From Narcine bancroftii (Eukaryota): a DNA stretch of 64,000 nt. The notes under the pieces were generated by a model that saw only the letters and a list, made by a program, of their open reading frames with translations, was not told the DNA's origin and made no database searches. The stretch covers positions 341,620,001-341,684,000 of the forward strand of contig NC_091471.1 of NCBI RefSeq assembly GCF_036971445.1, read 5' to 3'. Below, one piece after another: positions 35,432 through 47,760 of the stretch. The translations under genes and the position numbers were made by a program. The first letter of the stretch is position 1, and each line of letters opens with the position of its first letter.

Positions 35432-38400
35432 TGTCATGATAATGAATATGTATGAGATGTACCGGAAGTCACGTGGTATGAGAGAGAGATAAGAGCACAA
35501 GCAGGAGAACAAAGGAAACTGGAAAATAAAGACCCTGAGAAGTTTACCTGATAAAACTTGTGTTTAATGTTTTATTAACTTCTCATTTCGGGCCACAAAT
35601 GTGACATTGGCGACGAGGATGAAAGAAGCTTGAAGAAAATTAAAGACTAAACAAGATTACAGAGTATTACAGAGAACTTCAAGGTGATAAGAATTTTCTC
35701 TTTGACTCAGTACTTTTGGGGCTGGAATATTTCCTCATGGCTGGGGCAGACGGTGACTTTCTAACACATAGTGGTATTGCTCATTTTGACCCAACGGGTG
35801 ATGCAAGCACTGTAAGTGTGAAGTGGAACACATGGCTGGAAGAATTTGAACCCTACGCCGACAGTCGTGGCCTATTTCTAGATACCGGTACGGTTGAACA
35901 AAAAGCGCAGAGAAGGGCGTTACTTCTTTGCACTGCTGGACCTGCAGTTCGGGAAACATTTAAGACACTTTTGAATACTGGAAGAAAGGATGAGTACCGG
36001 AAAGCGGTAGATGCATTAAATGCACACTATGTAGTGACACCGAATGCTACATTTCAACGCCATTTGTTTCGGAGAACGAGACAAGAAGATGGCCAGACAG
36101 TTGCTCAGTACGTGACGAGACTACGCCAGCTAGCTGTTGGATGCAATTACATGCCAGCTGATTTGGACAGCCAATTATTGGATCAAGTCGTACAGCACTG
36201 CAGATCAGATAAACTCAGAAGACGTCTACTGGAAAGAGGGAGTGAGTTGGAACTCACCGATGCTTTAACCATTGCTGCTGCATTAGAGGCTGTTGAAGGG
36301 CAATTTCATACCATGACCCTGAAAGACAACTCAAGCCAGCAAAGTAAGAGGCTCTCACATCGCCATAACCAGCCAAGATATACGTCGACACAGGACGTGG
36401 AGTGTTATCGATGTGGAAACCGATGTCACTTTGGAAAAGACCCATATTGCCCGGCCAAAGGCAAAGTTTGCAGAAAGTGTGGAGGTAAGGACCACTTTGC
36501 AAAGAAGTGCAAAAGCAAGTCCAATGCAGACCAGAAGAGGAAGAGTACAACTTCCAAAGGCAAAGCCTGGGGGAAAGGAAAGTATCCTGGAAAGAAAGAT
36601 ACCATTCGCCAGATAGACAGTGACGATGATGATACCCAGGAGGAACAGAGTTGTTACCAATTTATGTTGAATGATATACATCATGAGAAGGTCCCAGTGA
36701 TCATTGGTGGAGTGACAGTGCAGGTCATTGTAGACTCAGGCAGTGACAGTAATGTGATTGATCAACATTTATGGGAGAAGTTGAAAAGGAAAAAGATCAT
36801 CTGTACCTCAAAGAAGTGTTCCAAGAAACTGTATCCATACAGAGCAACCAAGCCATTGCAGACCATTGGATGTTTTACTGCAACTGTTGAAGCTGGAGAT
36901 AAGTACACCGAAGCAGAGTTTATGGTCATAGAAGAGAGGGGAGAACCATTGCTGAGTAGAAGCACAGTGCAAGACCTGGCAATACTTCATATTGGAGCTT
37001 GTGTCAATTCAATTCAGTCATACGAGGATATGAAGCAAGAATTCCCCGCAGTCTTCCAAGGAGTAGGAAAGCTGAAAGGTCGACAATTGAAGCTAGCGGT
37101 AGATGAAACGGTCAAACCCAAGGCACAACTAATGCGCCGAACTCCGTTTGGACTTCGTGGGAAAGTCGAAGCCAAAATTAAAGAATTGATCGAACAAGAC
37201 ATTATTGAACCGGTGGAACATTCGACACAATGGGTCAGTCCCGTAGTGATTGTGCCCAAACCAAAGGGTGACATAAGACTATGTGTTGACATGAGAATGG
37301 CCAATGAAGCTATAATTAGAGAACGACACCCTATACCAACAGTGGAGGAAGTACTTCAAGAAATAACTACCAGCAAGGTATTCTCAAAAATTGATCTGAA
37401 ATGGGGCTATCATCAATTAGAGCTGGATCCAGGTTCCCGAGATGTAACGACATTTGTGACTCACTGTGGATTGTATCGTTACAAGAGACTATCATTTGGA
37501 ATTAATGCAGCTTTGGAGATCTACCAGTATGAAATCCATCGAGTGATTCAAGGCATTCCTGGAGTTGCCAACATTTCTGACGACATCATAGTCCATGCAC
37601 CAACGAAGGAAGAGCATGACAAACGGTTGAGGCGTGTACTATCTAGGTTACAGGAGGCAGGCCTTACCGTGAATGGAAACAAGTGCCAGTTCGGTGTGTC
37701 AGAAATGGACTTCATGGGACGCAGACTTACACGGGAAGGACTAAACCAAGCAGAGGCCAAGGTGAAAGCTATTGCAGAGGCACGTGCACCTCAGAACGCA
37801 ACAGAGGTGAGGAGTTTCCTGGGATTGGTTAATTTTTGTGCAAAGTTCATTCCTAATTTCGCTACAGTGGCAGAACCACTAAGGAAACTAACCAGGAAAG
37901 GTGTACCATTTCATTTTGGATCTGAGCAGAAGAAAGCATTCACAGCGCTGAAGCAAAGCCTGACAGATGCAAAAACTCTTGGATATTACGATCCGGCGGC
38001 ATCAACCAAAGTCATAGCGGATGCCAGCCCGGTTGGTTTAGGAGCTGTGTTGGTCCAGATGCAAGATGGAAGACCAAGAATCATTGCCTATGCCAGCAGA
38101 TCGTTATCAGATGTGGAAAGAAGATACTCTCAGACAGAGAAAGAAGCACTCGGACTTGTATGGGCTTGTGAGAGGTTCCATGCATATTTATACGGCATTG
38201 AATTTGAACTCATCACAGATCATAAGCCATTAGAGGTGATCTATGCACCTAGATCCAAACCATGTGCCAGAATAGAGAGATGGGTACTCAGACTACAACC
38301 CTACAAATATAAAGTAATCCACATTGCAGGGAAAGCAAACATTGCAGATCCGCTGTCCAGATTGGTGAAGGATGGTGGTCCACAATCCAAGTCAGAATTG

Positions 38401-40185
38401 GGAACAGAAACAGAGAGCTTTGTACGCTTCGTAGCTATTCAGTCGACACCGAAAGCTGTGACTACGAAGGAGGTCGAGAGAGAATCCGAACGTGATCCAG
38501 AACTCATGGAAGTAAGAGAATGCATACAGAGTGGACAATGGGACAAGTGTACTCACAAGGCTTACATTCCCATTAGAGACGAACTTTGTTGCATCGGACA
38601 GTGTGTATTAAGAGGTTTCAGATTGGTGATACCGCAAAGATTGAGACCGAAGATCGTATCCTTAGCGCATGAAGGACACCTAGGCATTGTTGGTACCAAG
38701 CAAAACCTCAGAACCAAGGTATGGTGGCCAGGTTGTGATAAAGACGCAGAAATTTGTTAAAACTTGTCACGGATGTCAAATCACATGTAGGAGTAATCCG
38801 CCAGCACCGATCCGGAGTACGCAACTCCCGACAGGACCATGGATCAACGTAGCTGTTGATTTTCTTGGACCTTTACCGACGGGTGAATCAATTATGGTAG
38901 TGATAGATTACTACAACAGATACTATGAGTACGTGGTGTTGAAGTCCACAACCACTGAAAAAACAATACAAGCATTAGCAGAGATATTCGCAAGATATGG
39001 ATTACCTGTTACATTATACTCTGACAATGGTCCACAATTCATTTCAGAGACATTTGCGGAATGCATGAGGACCACAGGTATCCACCATCATAAAGTAACT
39101 CTGAAATGGCCGCAAGCCAATGGAGAAATAGAGAGACAAAATCAGTCCATTGAAAAACGATTGAGGATTGCACACGCAGAAGGACAAAATTAGCGAGAAG
39201 CATTGCTATCTTATGTGGGTGTCTATCGAGCAACGCCTCATGCAACCACTGGAAAAAGTCCTGCAGAAGCATTTTTTGGGAGAAAAATCCGCACAAAAAT
39301 GGCAGAAATAAAGAAAATCCGAGACGACCAGGAGATGAGGGACCACGATGCTGAAAAGAAAGGTGCAGCAAAGCGGTACACAGATTCGAAACGTGGAGCC
39401 AAGTACTCAGACATCATGCCAGGAGATAATGTTCTAGTGAGGCATGAAACTGGTGGTAAGCTAGACACACCTTATTACCATCAACCCTATACTGTCGTAT
39501 CCAGAAGTGGCAGTATGGTGACAGTCAAGTCTCCGACTGGAGTCCTGTATAAGAGAAATGTATCAGGTGTAAAAAGGTACCAGTCCAGAGATACATTGAG
39601 CGAAGAGGTTGAAAGGCCAATATGAGATGCTGAAACTGAGAGACCTGATGATGTTCCAGAGGCAGTTACCAGCACTCCTGATGAAGTGACTAGAGCGACA
39701 GAAACACCCGAAGCCGTGGCGAGCAGTATTTCCGACGCCGAGAGTGAACAACCGAGAAGCGACGACAATATCGCAGGCAGGCCGAAACGAAACCGGAAAG
39801 CGCCCAAACGATACGAAGACTTTGTGCCATAGTTTTAATAAGAACTTTAGGACAGTATTTTAATCTTATATCGTAAAGTGCATGTATGAGTGCTGTAGGA
39901 AGTAAATTTTATGTAGTTGAGTTATAATATTACCATTAGTTACAATGCTTGTAGGTTTCCGAGGGATATTGATAAGTGAAGGTAAAGTTTATTTCTGATT
40001 AAAGGAGGGATGTCATGATAATGAATATGTATGAGATGTACCGGAAGTCACGTGGTATGAGAGAGAGATAAGAGCACAAGCAGGAGAACAAAGGAAACTG
40101 GAAAATAAAGCCACTGAGAAGTTTACCTGATAAAACTTGTGTTTAATGTTTTATTAACTTCACATTTCGGGCCACAAATGTGACA
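35432..40185 (+). mobile_element. Full-length Gypsy/Ty3 (Mag-like) LTR retrotransposon
   Basis: 175-bp LTRs 35432-35606 and 40011-40185 (tgtca...tgaca, 3 differences by eye), 5-bp TSD ggtgg. PBS tggcgacgaggatg at 35608 is complementary to the tRNA-Ser(GCT) 3' end. PPT aaaggaggga at 40001-40010. Confidence 0.97.
35737..39832 (+). pseudogene. gag-pol polyprotein (Gag, PR, RT, RNase H, IN) with three lesions
   Basis: Two zinc knuckles (CYRCGNRCH, CRKCGGKDHFAKKC), PR IVDSGS, RT KIDLKWGYHQ / ISDD, RNase H ADASPVGLG / TEKEAL / TDHKPL, IN HEGH..CHGC with D(AVDFLG) D(SDNG) E(GEIER). Frameshift near 38750, stops at 39191-39193 and 39623-39625, frame continues to RPKRNRKAPKRYEDFVP*. Confidence 0.95.
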
Positions 40186-40755
40186 GGTGGTAGAAGTTGT
40201 GAAGGGTATAGTGGCAAGTGGCTTAGAAGGTGAAGTTGAGGGAAACTCTACTTTAACTGGCCTGAAGAAAAGGCGTGTGATTGCAGAAATGAAGAAAATG
40301 TGCTTCTATATGCCACATCAACTTGTTTGGTCTCACCTTTTTGCAGATATTCTCTTATTTCTGTACAACACTTCTTCACCTTCCCTTTTCCATGATTTTT
40401 TTTTCTCCTTTTCAATTTTGATAAAGCAATTTGGACCAGTAGCATTAATTCTGCTTTCTTTCCACAAATGCCGTCAAAACTACTGAGTACTTCCAGGACA
40501 ATCAGTTTTTATTTCATACTTCCATCATCTGAAGTTCTTTTCTTATATTTTCCTTTAACAGGATGTGAATACTTGTTTAATATGGGTAGTGTATGTTGTT
40601 TATTGGAAGCATGACCACATCGTTTGATCAGGATTAAATGAAATGGATTCACAATATTAGATTGATATTCAGGATTTGAGAACATCACCATCACAGACCA
40701 GTGATACATTTCACAACTGCATCTTAGCATTTTATCTTGTTAATACCCTTTCCTT

Positions 40756-40803
40756 TTTTACCCCCTCCATAAATCTTCGTCCGCGAAGCCAAGCCAAAGA
40801 AAG
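40756..40803 (+). mobile_element. Ultra-short RTE 3' insertion
   Basis: ccccctccataaatcttcgtccgcgaagccaagccaaag with TSD accc(t/c)ttcctt at 40745-40755 and 40804-40814. Confidence 0.85.
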
Positions 40804-43800
40804 ACCCCTTCCTTAAAGATTAAACCCTTGATGATGAAAATTGTGTTTGAGCAGCTGAAAGTTGCAGCTGGACTCTGCACTTATATTTTATGACAATGGT
40901 TTGTACTGTATTTGTGAAAAGTCAGAGAATAAAAAGTTTGCAATTGTCTCCTTCCTTTCACTGCTGTCTTCAGGTGACAGTGACAGAGCTGCTTGATTCT
41001 GGTCTATCACTCTCCAAGCCAATACTGTTTCAAAATGGGTAAAAAATAAATAGCATTTAATGTATTACAATTATGTGACAACAAATCAATTTTATGTGCC
41101 CTTCGCATTGGAATTTTCTTGCCATAAAGAAAGAAACTAATTTGCTGTCTATCTTCATGTTCTTTTATTTGTTATATTTGGGTTGCGAGAATGATAGGAA
41201 AATAGATAGAAGAATGTTACTGAATAATTTTGAGCGCGAGTCGAAATGCCAATTGTGAAACTTGCTGAAGCCAGTCAACAAAACCCAGAAATGGGTCTTA
41301 TCAGCTTTAAACTGAACGACTCCTGATGTCTGGTGCCTCTCCACAGCAAACTGGTCCATTCAAAAAATGGATTGATGAGCTACTGTCTCAATGTATCTCG
41401 AAGGATGGGAGTGCATTGAGAAAGTGGACAGGCAACAGTGAGAAGGTGAGAATAGAGTGTTGGATAAGATATGCATTGGAGCTACAGCTGTTTGGGAAAG
41501 CATTCAAGATCCAAGAACAATAATTTTCTTCTTTAAGCATTTGAAGTAGAATTTAAAACCAACTATACCTGAACTCTGAACCTTAATTCCAATCCACTCC
41601 ATGCTCTGTGAGCTCCAAATTCAGCTTAAGATTTAGGTACCAATGTTTATGGGAGCCAGTGTGGTCTTAGGGTTGCATCAGATGTGGATAAAGTATTGGC
41701 TTGGCACAATAATGAACAAAACATCCTTAAGGCACCTTGGGTGACAATGGTATTAGCGTCCTTTTGTACAGGTAATTTATTGAAGTACAGTTATCATCTA
41801 TCTTTCGCTGGCCAGTTGTGGAGCATAGAGAACAAGTTTGAGAAAATTTCTTCCCCTAGCGATCTCACTTTAGCACCCATTCCATGTTGAACGCTGAACA
41901 GCCTCAAATGCCCCATCAAGAGAATTGTATCATTTTCAATTCATGCCTCCTCTCTCATAATATTTGATAATGATTATTAGCAAGTCAAACATCCCATTTT
42001 TTTCTTCAAATGTTTGTATAAGATGATGTTCCTTGAATTAGCGTGGGATAGTTCTCTCAGGGTCTTGTGCACCACCAAAAACAGATTATCTGCTCACTTG
42101 TTTCTTTGCTGTTTGTGAGAGGTCACTCTTTGGAAAGTGGGTGTCTGGAGTTGCTGGACTCTGAAAGTCTTTTATTGGCTCTGAAATGTTTGGCAAATTA
42201 TGAGTGCAGGAAGAAGCTCAATAAATGTAAACTGTCTTTCTTGAAATCTGAAGGCTTTCCGACTAACATCTCAGGTTCAAGTACAGAGGAACTGCGGCTG
42301 AGTTCCACAACAGGTTGAGGCATTGCGAGAGGTCTGCAGGCTTCTCTTTCCCAATTCTGCAACAAATGAACCACAGTCAATCTATTCGTGTGACCCTAAA
42401 TGTGAGACTGGGACATGCCATACCTTGACAGCTAATGTCTGCAGCATTAAATGCTTCTGGCACAAAATATCACCCAAATCTGACTATAAAATATCACCCA
42501 AAACCTCACATGAAGTCAAAGCAGAACCTATTATAAACAACACAGATACAATTGGATCTGTTTCCCTCTTGGAGCTGTGATGTCATCCGTTCTCTTTATA
42601 TTGGATTAACTGTCTGGCAATCTCTTCCAAGCCTCCATGTGTCCGTCCTGGCTATGAATAACTTGCATACTACGATTAAAGTTTAGGATTTAGTCTTGGC
42701 AGTCCAAAGCCCATATCTTTAAATTTAGGAATAAAATTTATTGTCTATTCCCATTAGGCACATTAATGTGAAACCAAAACTTTTTTACTTGGTTTAATTG
42801 GAGAATTTGTTGAAATGATTGTTGCTAACGAATTGCATGATGACTGACAAATGCAGTTATTTTAGTTAAAATTTCCAATTGGTTTATAGCACTTATTTAA
42901 GTTGTAACAGGGCCGAAGTAATCGCTCAAATGAGGAAATTGCAAAGAGCCTGAATACAACTTTATGCCAAGAAAGAGTTCTTTTTTTCTTAAGCACCAAA
43001 ATAAAAGTTAGCTTGTATTTTATTAAAAGCTGTGTACGTTAAAGTGGTGCTGGATTGTCAAATGGATATTGAGAAGTATTATTGGGCAGAACTGGCTGAA
43101 GTGAGATTGGTAAATGGTGGGTGCTTGATGCAACAGTACTGAAACCCCTCTGGACAAGATATGGCTGTGTGGTGTCACTATTCACCCTTGAACTTCAGAT
43201 TTCTGGACTTACTGCAGTCCACCCCCACCCTCACTCTGCTGTGATAACTCTTGGGAGAGTGGGGAATATGGGCATGTTTGGTTGCTTACCAGAGTGCCAT
43301 TCGACATAGCAGGGAAATTATTTTGAAAATGGCACTGAAGTCTAAAAGATGAAGGAAACACAAAAGAAAAAATGCTGGAAATTCTTCTCATTCAGGGAAA
43401 GCAAAATACAAAAGCAGTGAGCAGTTTAGGCTGAAGACGTGTGAAAGTGAGAAAACTTTTTCATGCTCTAAAGGGGGTATCGAATATAGAGTGGGGGAGT
43501 CATAGAATGAAGAAACGATCTCTGATGGGGTGAGGCCTGAGGTGATGCCAAAGTTGTTGTGTAATTGTGATTAAAAATTTGTCTGATTGAGAGATTAATA
43601 AGGGATTTTAGAAAGAGAGAGAAGAAGAAAGGGAAATAAACGAATAAACAAAATCTGAGAATTGCAGGTCAGGGCAGTTGCTAAAATCCAAAACCAAAGG
43701 GAGAATGATCCAACAGATTGAGCATATCTGTCGAAAGGGATGAGCTGAGTTAAGGAAAACTCTGCAGCAGAACCTGTCTCCTAGAGACTAAACTATAAAA

Positions 43801-44459
43801 TGTGGCAAATATTTCTTAATCATTAAAATTTTAATATGAACTTTGACTTCCCTTCAATATTTTAATTTTCACCAAGTCCCTTTCTAGTAGAAACCCTGGA
43901 AGTGACAAGGACAAATTAGAAAGCAATTCATCCTACAGAATTCTGAATATAATCCTGAGCCAAAATATTTGAATATTTGACAGATCATATTCTGTTGTCC
44001 CATATAAATTAACAAGGAAATAATGAAATCAGAAATCCAACAGTGTGCTTATAATCTAGTATAAACACAATTTTGCATCAATGATGTTGAGGGAATGTTG
44101 ATGGCAATAATTTACCATTCTTTTCTTGTCATTGCTAATGAAGTAAAACAAATTTTTATGGTTGGTTTGGATATTACAAATTGACAAAAGTTGCATTCAT
44201 GATTCCATTTGCTTTATTTGCTTTTTTTGCAGGACATTTTTTATTGCATAACAGGCCTTTACAAGACCATTCTAAGTAACAATACAGTCCTTCGTTGAAT
44301 AGAATTATTGGCCCATTTCTGAATGACCCCAATAAGACCTGACGGTTTCTTGGAGAGGCCAACTTCATAATGATACATGCCTGGGTAGATTCAACTTCTG
44401 TCTTGATGATTCCCCTTATTCCCCTTCTCTGAAGTCACTCAGAGAAGCTTTGTAACTTG

Positions 44460-45110
44460 AGGAACCCTTGATTCCTGAGGGACACTGGTAAATACTCCCT
44501 CACAGAAACTGCTGCTAATACTAACCCTCCTCAAGAACTCCAGCTCAAACTGGAAACATTTGGCAGATCAGGTAGCATCAGTGGAAAGAGGAGCAGAGTT
44601 AGTATTTTCATTTGAAGACTCTTTATTAGAACTGATCACCAGAAGAAAATCACTACTAACAATGAGAAACTTTGAGGGAATTCTTGCCCATGGAAACTAT
44701 TGGTAATACAGGTGTACATCTCAGGAAACCCTGCTGAGAACAACACACTCTGAATGGAACCCTGTTTGTTCTGCTAGCACTCCAAGGGAACTCCTGCTGT
44801 TACTGGCTCATTGCCCAAACACTCCTGCTAATATCAATACATTCCAAGTGAGCAGTGGCTAATGTCGATACGCTCCTGGAAAATTCCTGCTCAAAATAAC
44901 TTATCCAAAGCAAATCTCTACCGCTAGTCACATATTCCAAGGAAATCTCTGCAAATTTCAATACATTTTATGGGAATTTATGCCCATACATACACTCTTC
45001 AAGGTACCTATGACGATATCAATCTGTTTGGACAGAATCCTTGCTAATTCTGATTCCTATCAAGGGATCCCCTGCTAAAACAGATACATTCCTAGACAAT
45101 CCTTGCTGCT
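44460..45110. repeat. Degenerate 31-bp minisatellite
   Basis: Unit approximately ctgctaatatcaatacattccaaggaaatcc, starting at 44825, 44856, 44887, 44918, 44949, 44980, 45010, 45041, 45072 and 45103. Weaker copies lie upstream. Confidence 0.7.
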
Positions 45111-45444
45111 GTAATCAACAATTAACAGCAAATTTATTTTCTAATTTCTTAAGAATAAATATCAATTGCTCAAAATAGCCTGTGTTCGCAATGATCAGAG
45201 TACATTTTTTACATACATTGTTGCATGGCGCACTCAACTAATGAGTCTCCAAAACAGAGTAATGTGTTAAGACTATCAAGGAACTGTACTGCCTGCTCAC
45301 AAGTAGGCAGAAATCCGATGATCTTATGACTGCTGCAATATCCCCTTGTCTCACTTGCATCTGCCTCTACCATCCAGTATCCCACTGCAGTCTCTCCAGG
45401 CCAGAGCTTAATTCTGCAAAAAGAGTATAGAACTGGCAGCACTC

Positions 45445-45446
<2 letters not shown>

Positions 45447-45506
<60 letters not shown>
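45447..45506. repeat. (GA)n microsatellite
   Basis: About 30 perfect GA units. Confidence 0.98.
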
Positions 45507-45509
<3 letters not shown>

Positions 45510-46214
45510 TTGAAATGCTAGTGACAGAAAATAACATTTTATAGAGTCAGGACTCATTTCCAAATTAAACACTCAAGTGACAAGAAGATGAATATGCGGT
45601 CATAAACACAGGCTCTAATTTTAGACAAAATTCTTCATAAACGATGTGGATTTACAAAAATGTGAAAATTCTTTTGTGATGCCTCATGAAATACTATTCA
45701 TGTAATTCTTGGTTCTGTCAAACGACAGGGATTTTGTTTGTAAGCAAGTCTGATTTAATAAGGTCATGGACCATATGGTCCTGATTATCCTGCTTTTCAA
45801 ATATAAAATAGAGAATCAAAAATTTTTCCAGCTTGAGCAACATTTTTCACAAAGGTATAAAAGCAGCAAAAAGCGTAAACTGAGATTCCACACAATATGA
45901 GAAGATAATGAAACTTGATCTTGAATGTCCAAAATGCATAAACGTAAACTTCCACATACCAAGGTTTCATTTAAATCAGAACAAAGGAAGAGTTGTAACA
46001 ATTTATTCAAAACAATGAGAAGAGAATTTAATCACATCACAATTATCTCACTGTGCATTAAGAGCAGAATTACCGTACATTTATTAATTTAACCCATTTC
46101 TTTGTGTCAATGCATACTTGCTACGTTTTTCATTCATTTTGATCCAATTTCATGCAAATGGAACTATGACAAACTACAGGGCAGAACACAGACCTGAAAA
46201 AAACAAGAGCAGTC

Positions 46215-46500
46215 TAAAATTAAATCAAATCGAGGAGGTACAGGAGCCTGAAGACACATAGTCAATGTTACAAAAATGGCGTCTTTCCTCTCCTCAGATT
46301 TCTGGACAGACAATGAAACTCTGGACACTTTGTCACTTTTTCATTTTTTTTGAACTACTTGTTTATTTATGTCTTTATTTATTTTTAAATTGTATTTCCG
46401 CAATTGCCATTTTATAATAAAATTGGCACCTTGTTCTGCACCATACTGTTGCTGCAAAACAACAAATGTTTATGACAATAATTCGGATTCTAAAGGTATA
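46215..46500 (+). mobile_element. Rex1/Babar-type 3' tail
   Basis: ggaggtacaggagcctgaagacac...gctgcaaaacaacaaat...gacaataattcggattc. Confidence 0.55.
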
Positions 46501-46769
46501 AAAGTCTGAAGTCTGGCATGTCTTGGTTCAAGTACAGTTTTTTTTTCCAAACAGCTGCCAGGCTCCTAAACTTCTCTGAACTACCATAACCGTAAATTAC
46601 TACAGGATCAGTCAAAGATCTGTCTGCATTATTGAAACATCACTTTTTTTTGGAAACTGTGAATATTTCTTTTCATATTGATTATCTTTTTGACTCATGG
46701 CATATTGTGAAAAATACTAATTTATAGTAAATTGTGGTTGGTGTATCTTATGTGTATCTTATGTGTGAC

Positions 46770-46980
46770 ATAAGATACATACATACATACATTAAATTCT
46801 TTAACTTTTGTCTACCGTATGGCAGACAGAGAGTTGCCACTTTGTCCAGCACCCCTCACAGAAACCTACAGCACCTGGCGTTCCAACTGGTCTCCCCTCC
46901 AAGTACTGACTAGTCCTGGGCCTGCTTAGCTTCCAAGATCAGACAGTCCCTGGTATATTCAGGCTATTAGGTACTTATGC
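46770..46980 (-). mobile_element. 5S rRNA-derived SINE (SINE3-type)
   Basis: 46980-46862 aligns full length (about 119 nt) to 5S rRNA: gtctgatcttggaagctaagcagg (box A), tcagtacttggaggggagacc (box C), ggtgctgtagg. A non-5S body and an (atgt)n tail follow. Confidence 0.8.
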
Positions 46981-47039
46981 ATATAATAGTACCCTCTCAT
47001 ACTCATCATTTAGGTAGATTTGCACGCTACTCACGTGGT

Positions 47040-47760
47040 TTAAATTAATCAGGCAAGGTGTTGGGAAGTATAGAAACAGTACAACAGGTGGGGAAACAGT
47101 CTCAAATGTAGAGGATTCATGAGAAAATCCAGTGGGTAGAGTATATAGATGCAGGTTGGGGAGTATGGGAGGAATGGCAGTCTCATTCACATTGACTTTA
47201 GTGGAAGGAGCCTCACAGGCAAGACAGATGAGTTTAGAGCAGGAATCAGCACTTGGAATTATGACACCATCATGAAAAAGGGGTCGATGGAAGAGGAGGA
47301 TTGGCATCTTAATGATCCTGGATATTTACATTTCAAAATTGACAGAGATGGATGCAAAAGAGGAGAATGAGTTGCACCTGTGGCAGGGAGAATGTAATGG
47401 GAGTTCTGAGAGATGATATCCTGGAGGGAACATCCAATGAGGCAATATGAGTAGAATTTAGGAATAAGAGAGGACCGTCACTTTGCTGACATTGTTCCAT
47501 GGGCCTCGCACCATCAACAAGAATGAGAAGAACATACATGATAGGCAAGCAAATCACAAGAAGCTGTAAGATCAATAGGATTAAAGCTGTGGGATATTTT
47601 AACTTTCCCAATTATGGACTGGTTTTGCCTTTGTGCAAAGAGCTCAGATGGGGCAGAATTTGTTAAGTGTAAAGGAATGTTTTCTATTTCTTCATCAAGA
47701 TCATTAATATAGATGTACTGGAATGGTCCTGGAGGCCATTCCACAAATAGCTTGAGGAAT
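47040..47760 (+). mobile_element. Old CR1 endonuclease remnant plus an inverted RT fragment
   Basis: ISTWNYD, DWHLNDPGY, KIDRDG, GYFNFP-like motifs. YIYINDLDE on minus near 47690-47740. Confidence 0.6.

Noticed and set aside
42464-42503. Direct repeat aaaatatcacccaaa
   Set aside because: Only two copies with a short spacer and no further units.
44825-45110. Possible CRISPR-like array
   Set aside because: Contiguous degenerate units with no constant repeat and unique spacers, no cas genes, and a eukaryotic context.
46862-46980. Functional 5S rRNA gene
   Set aside because: Many substitutions, single copy, and continuation into a SINE-like body.
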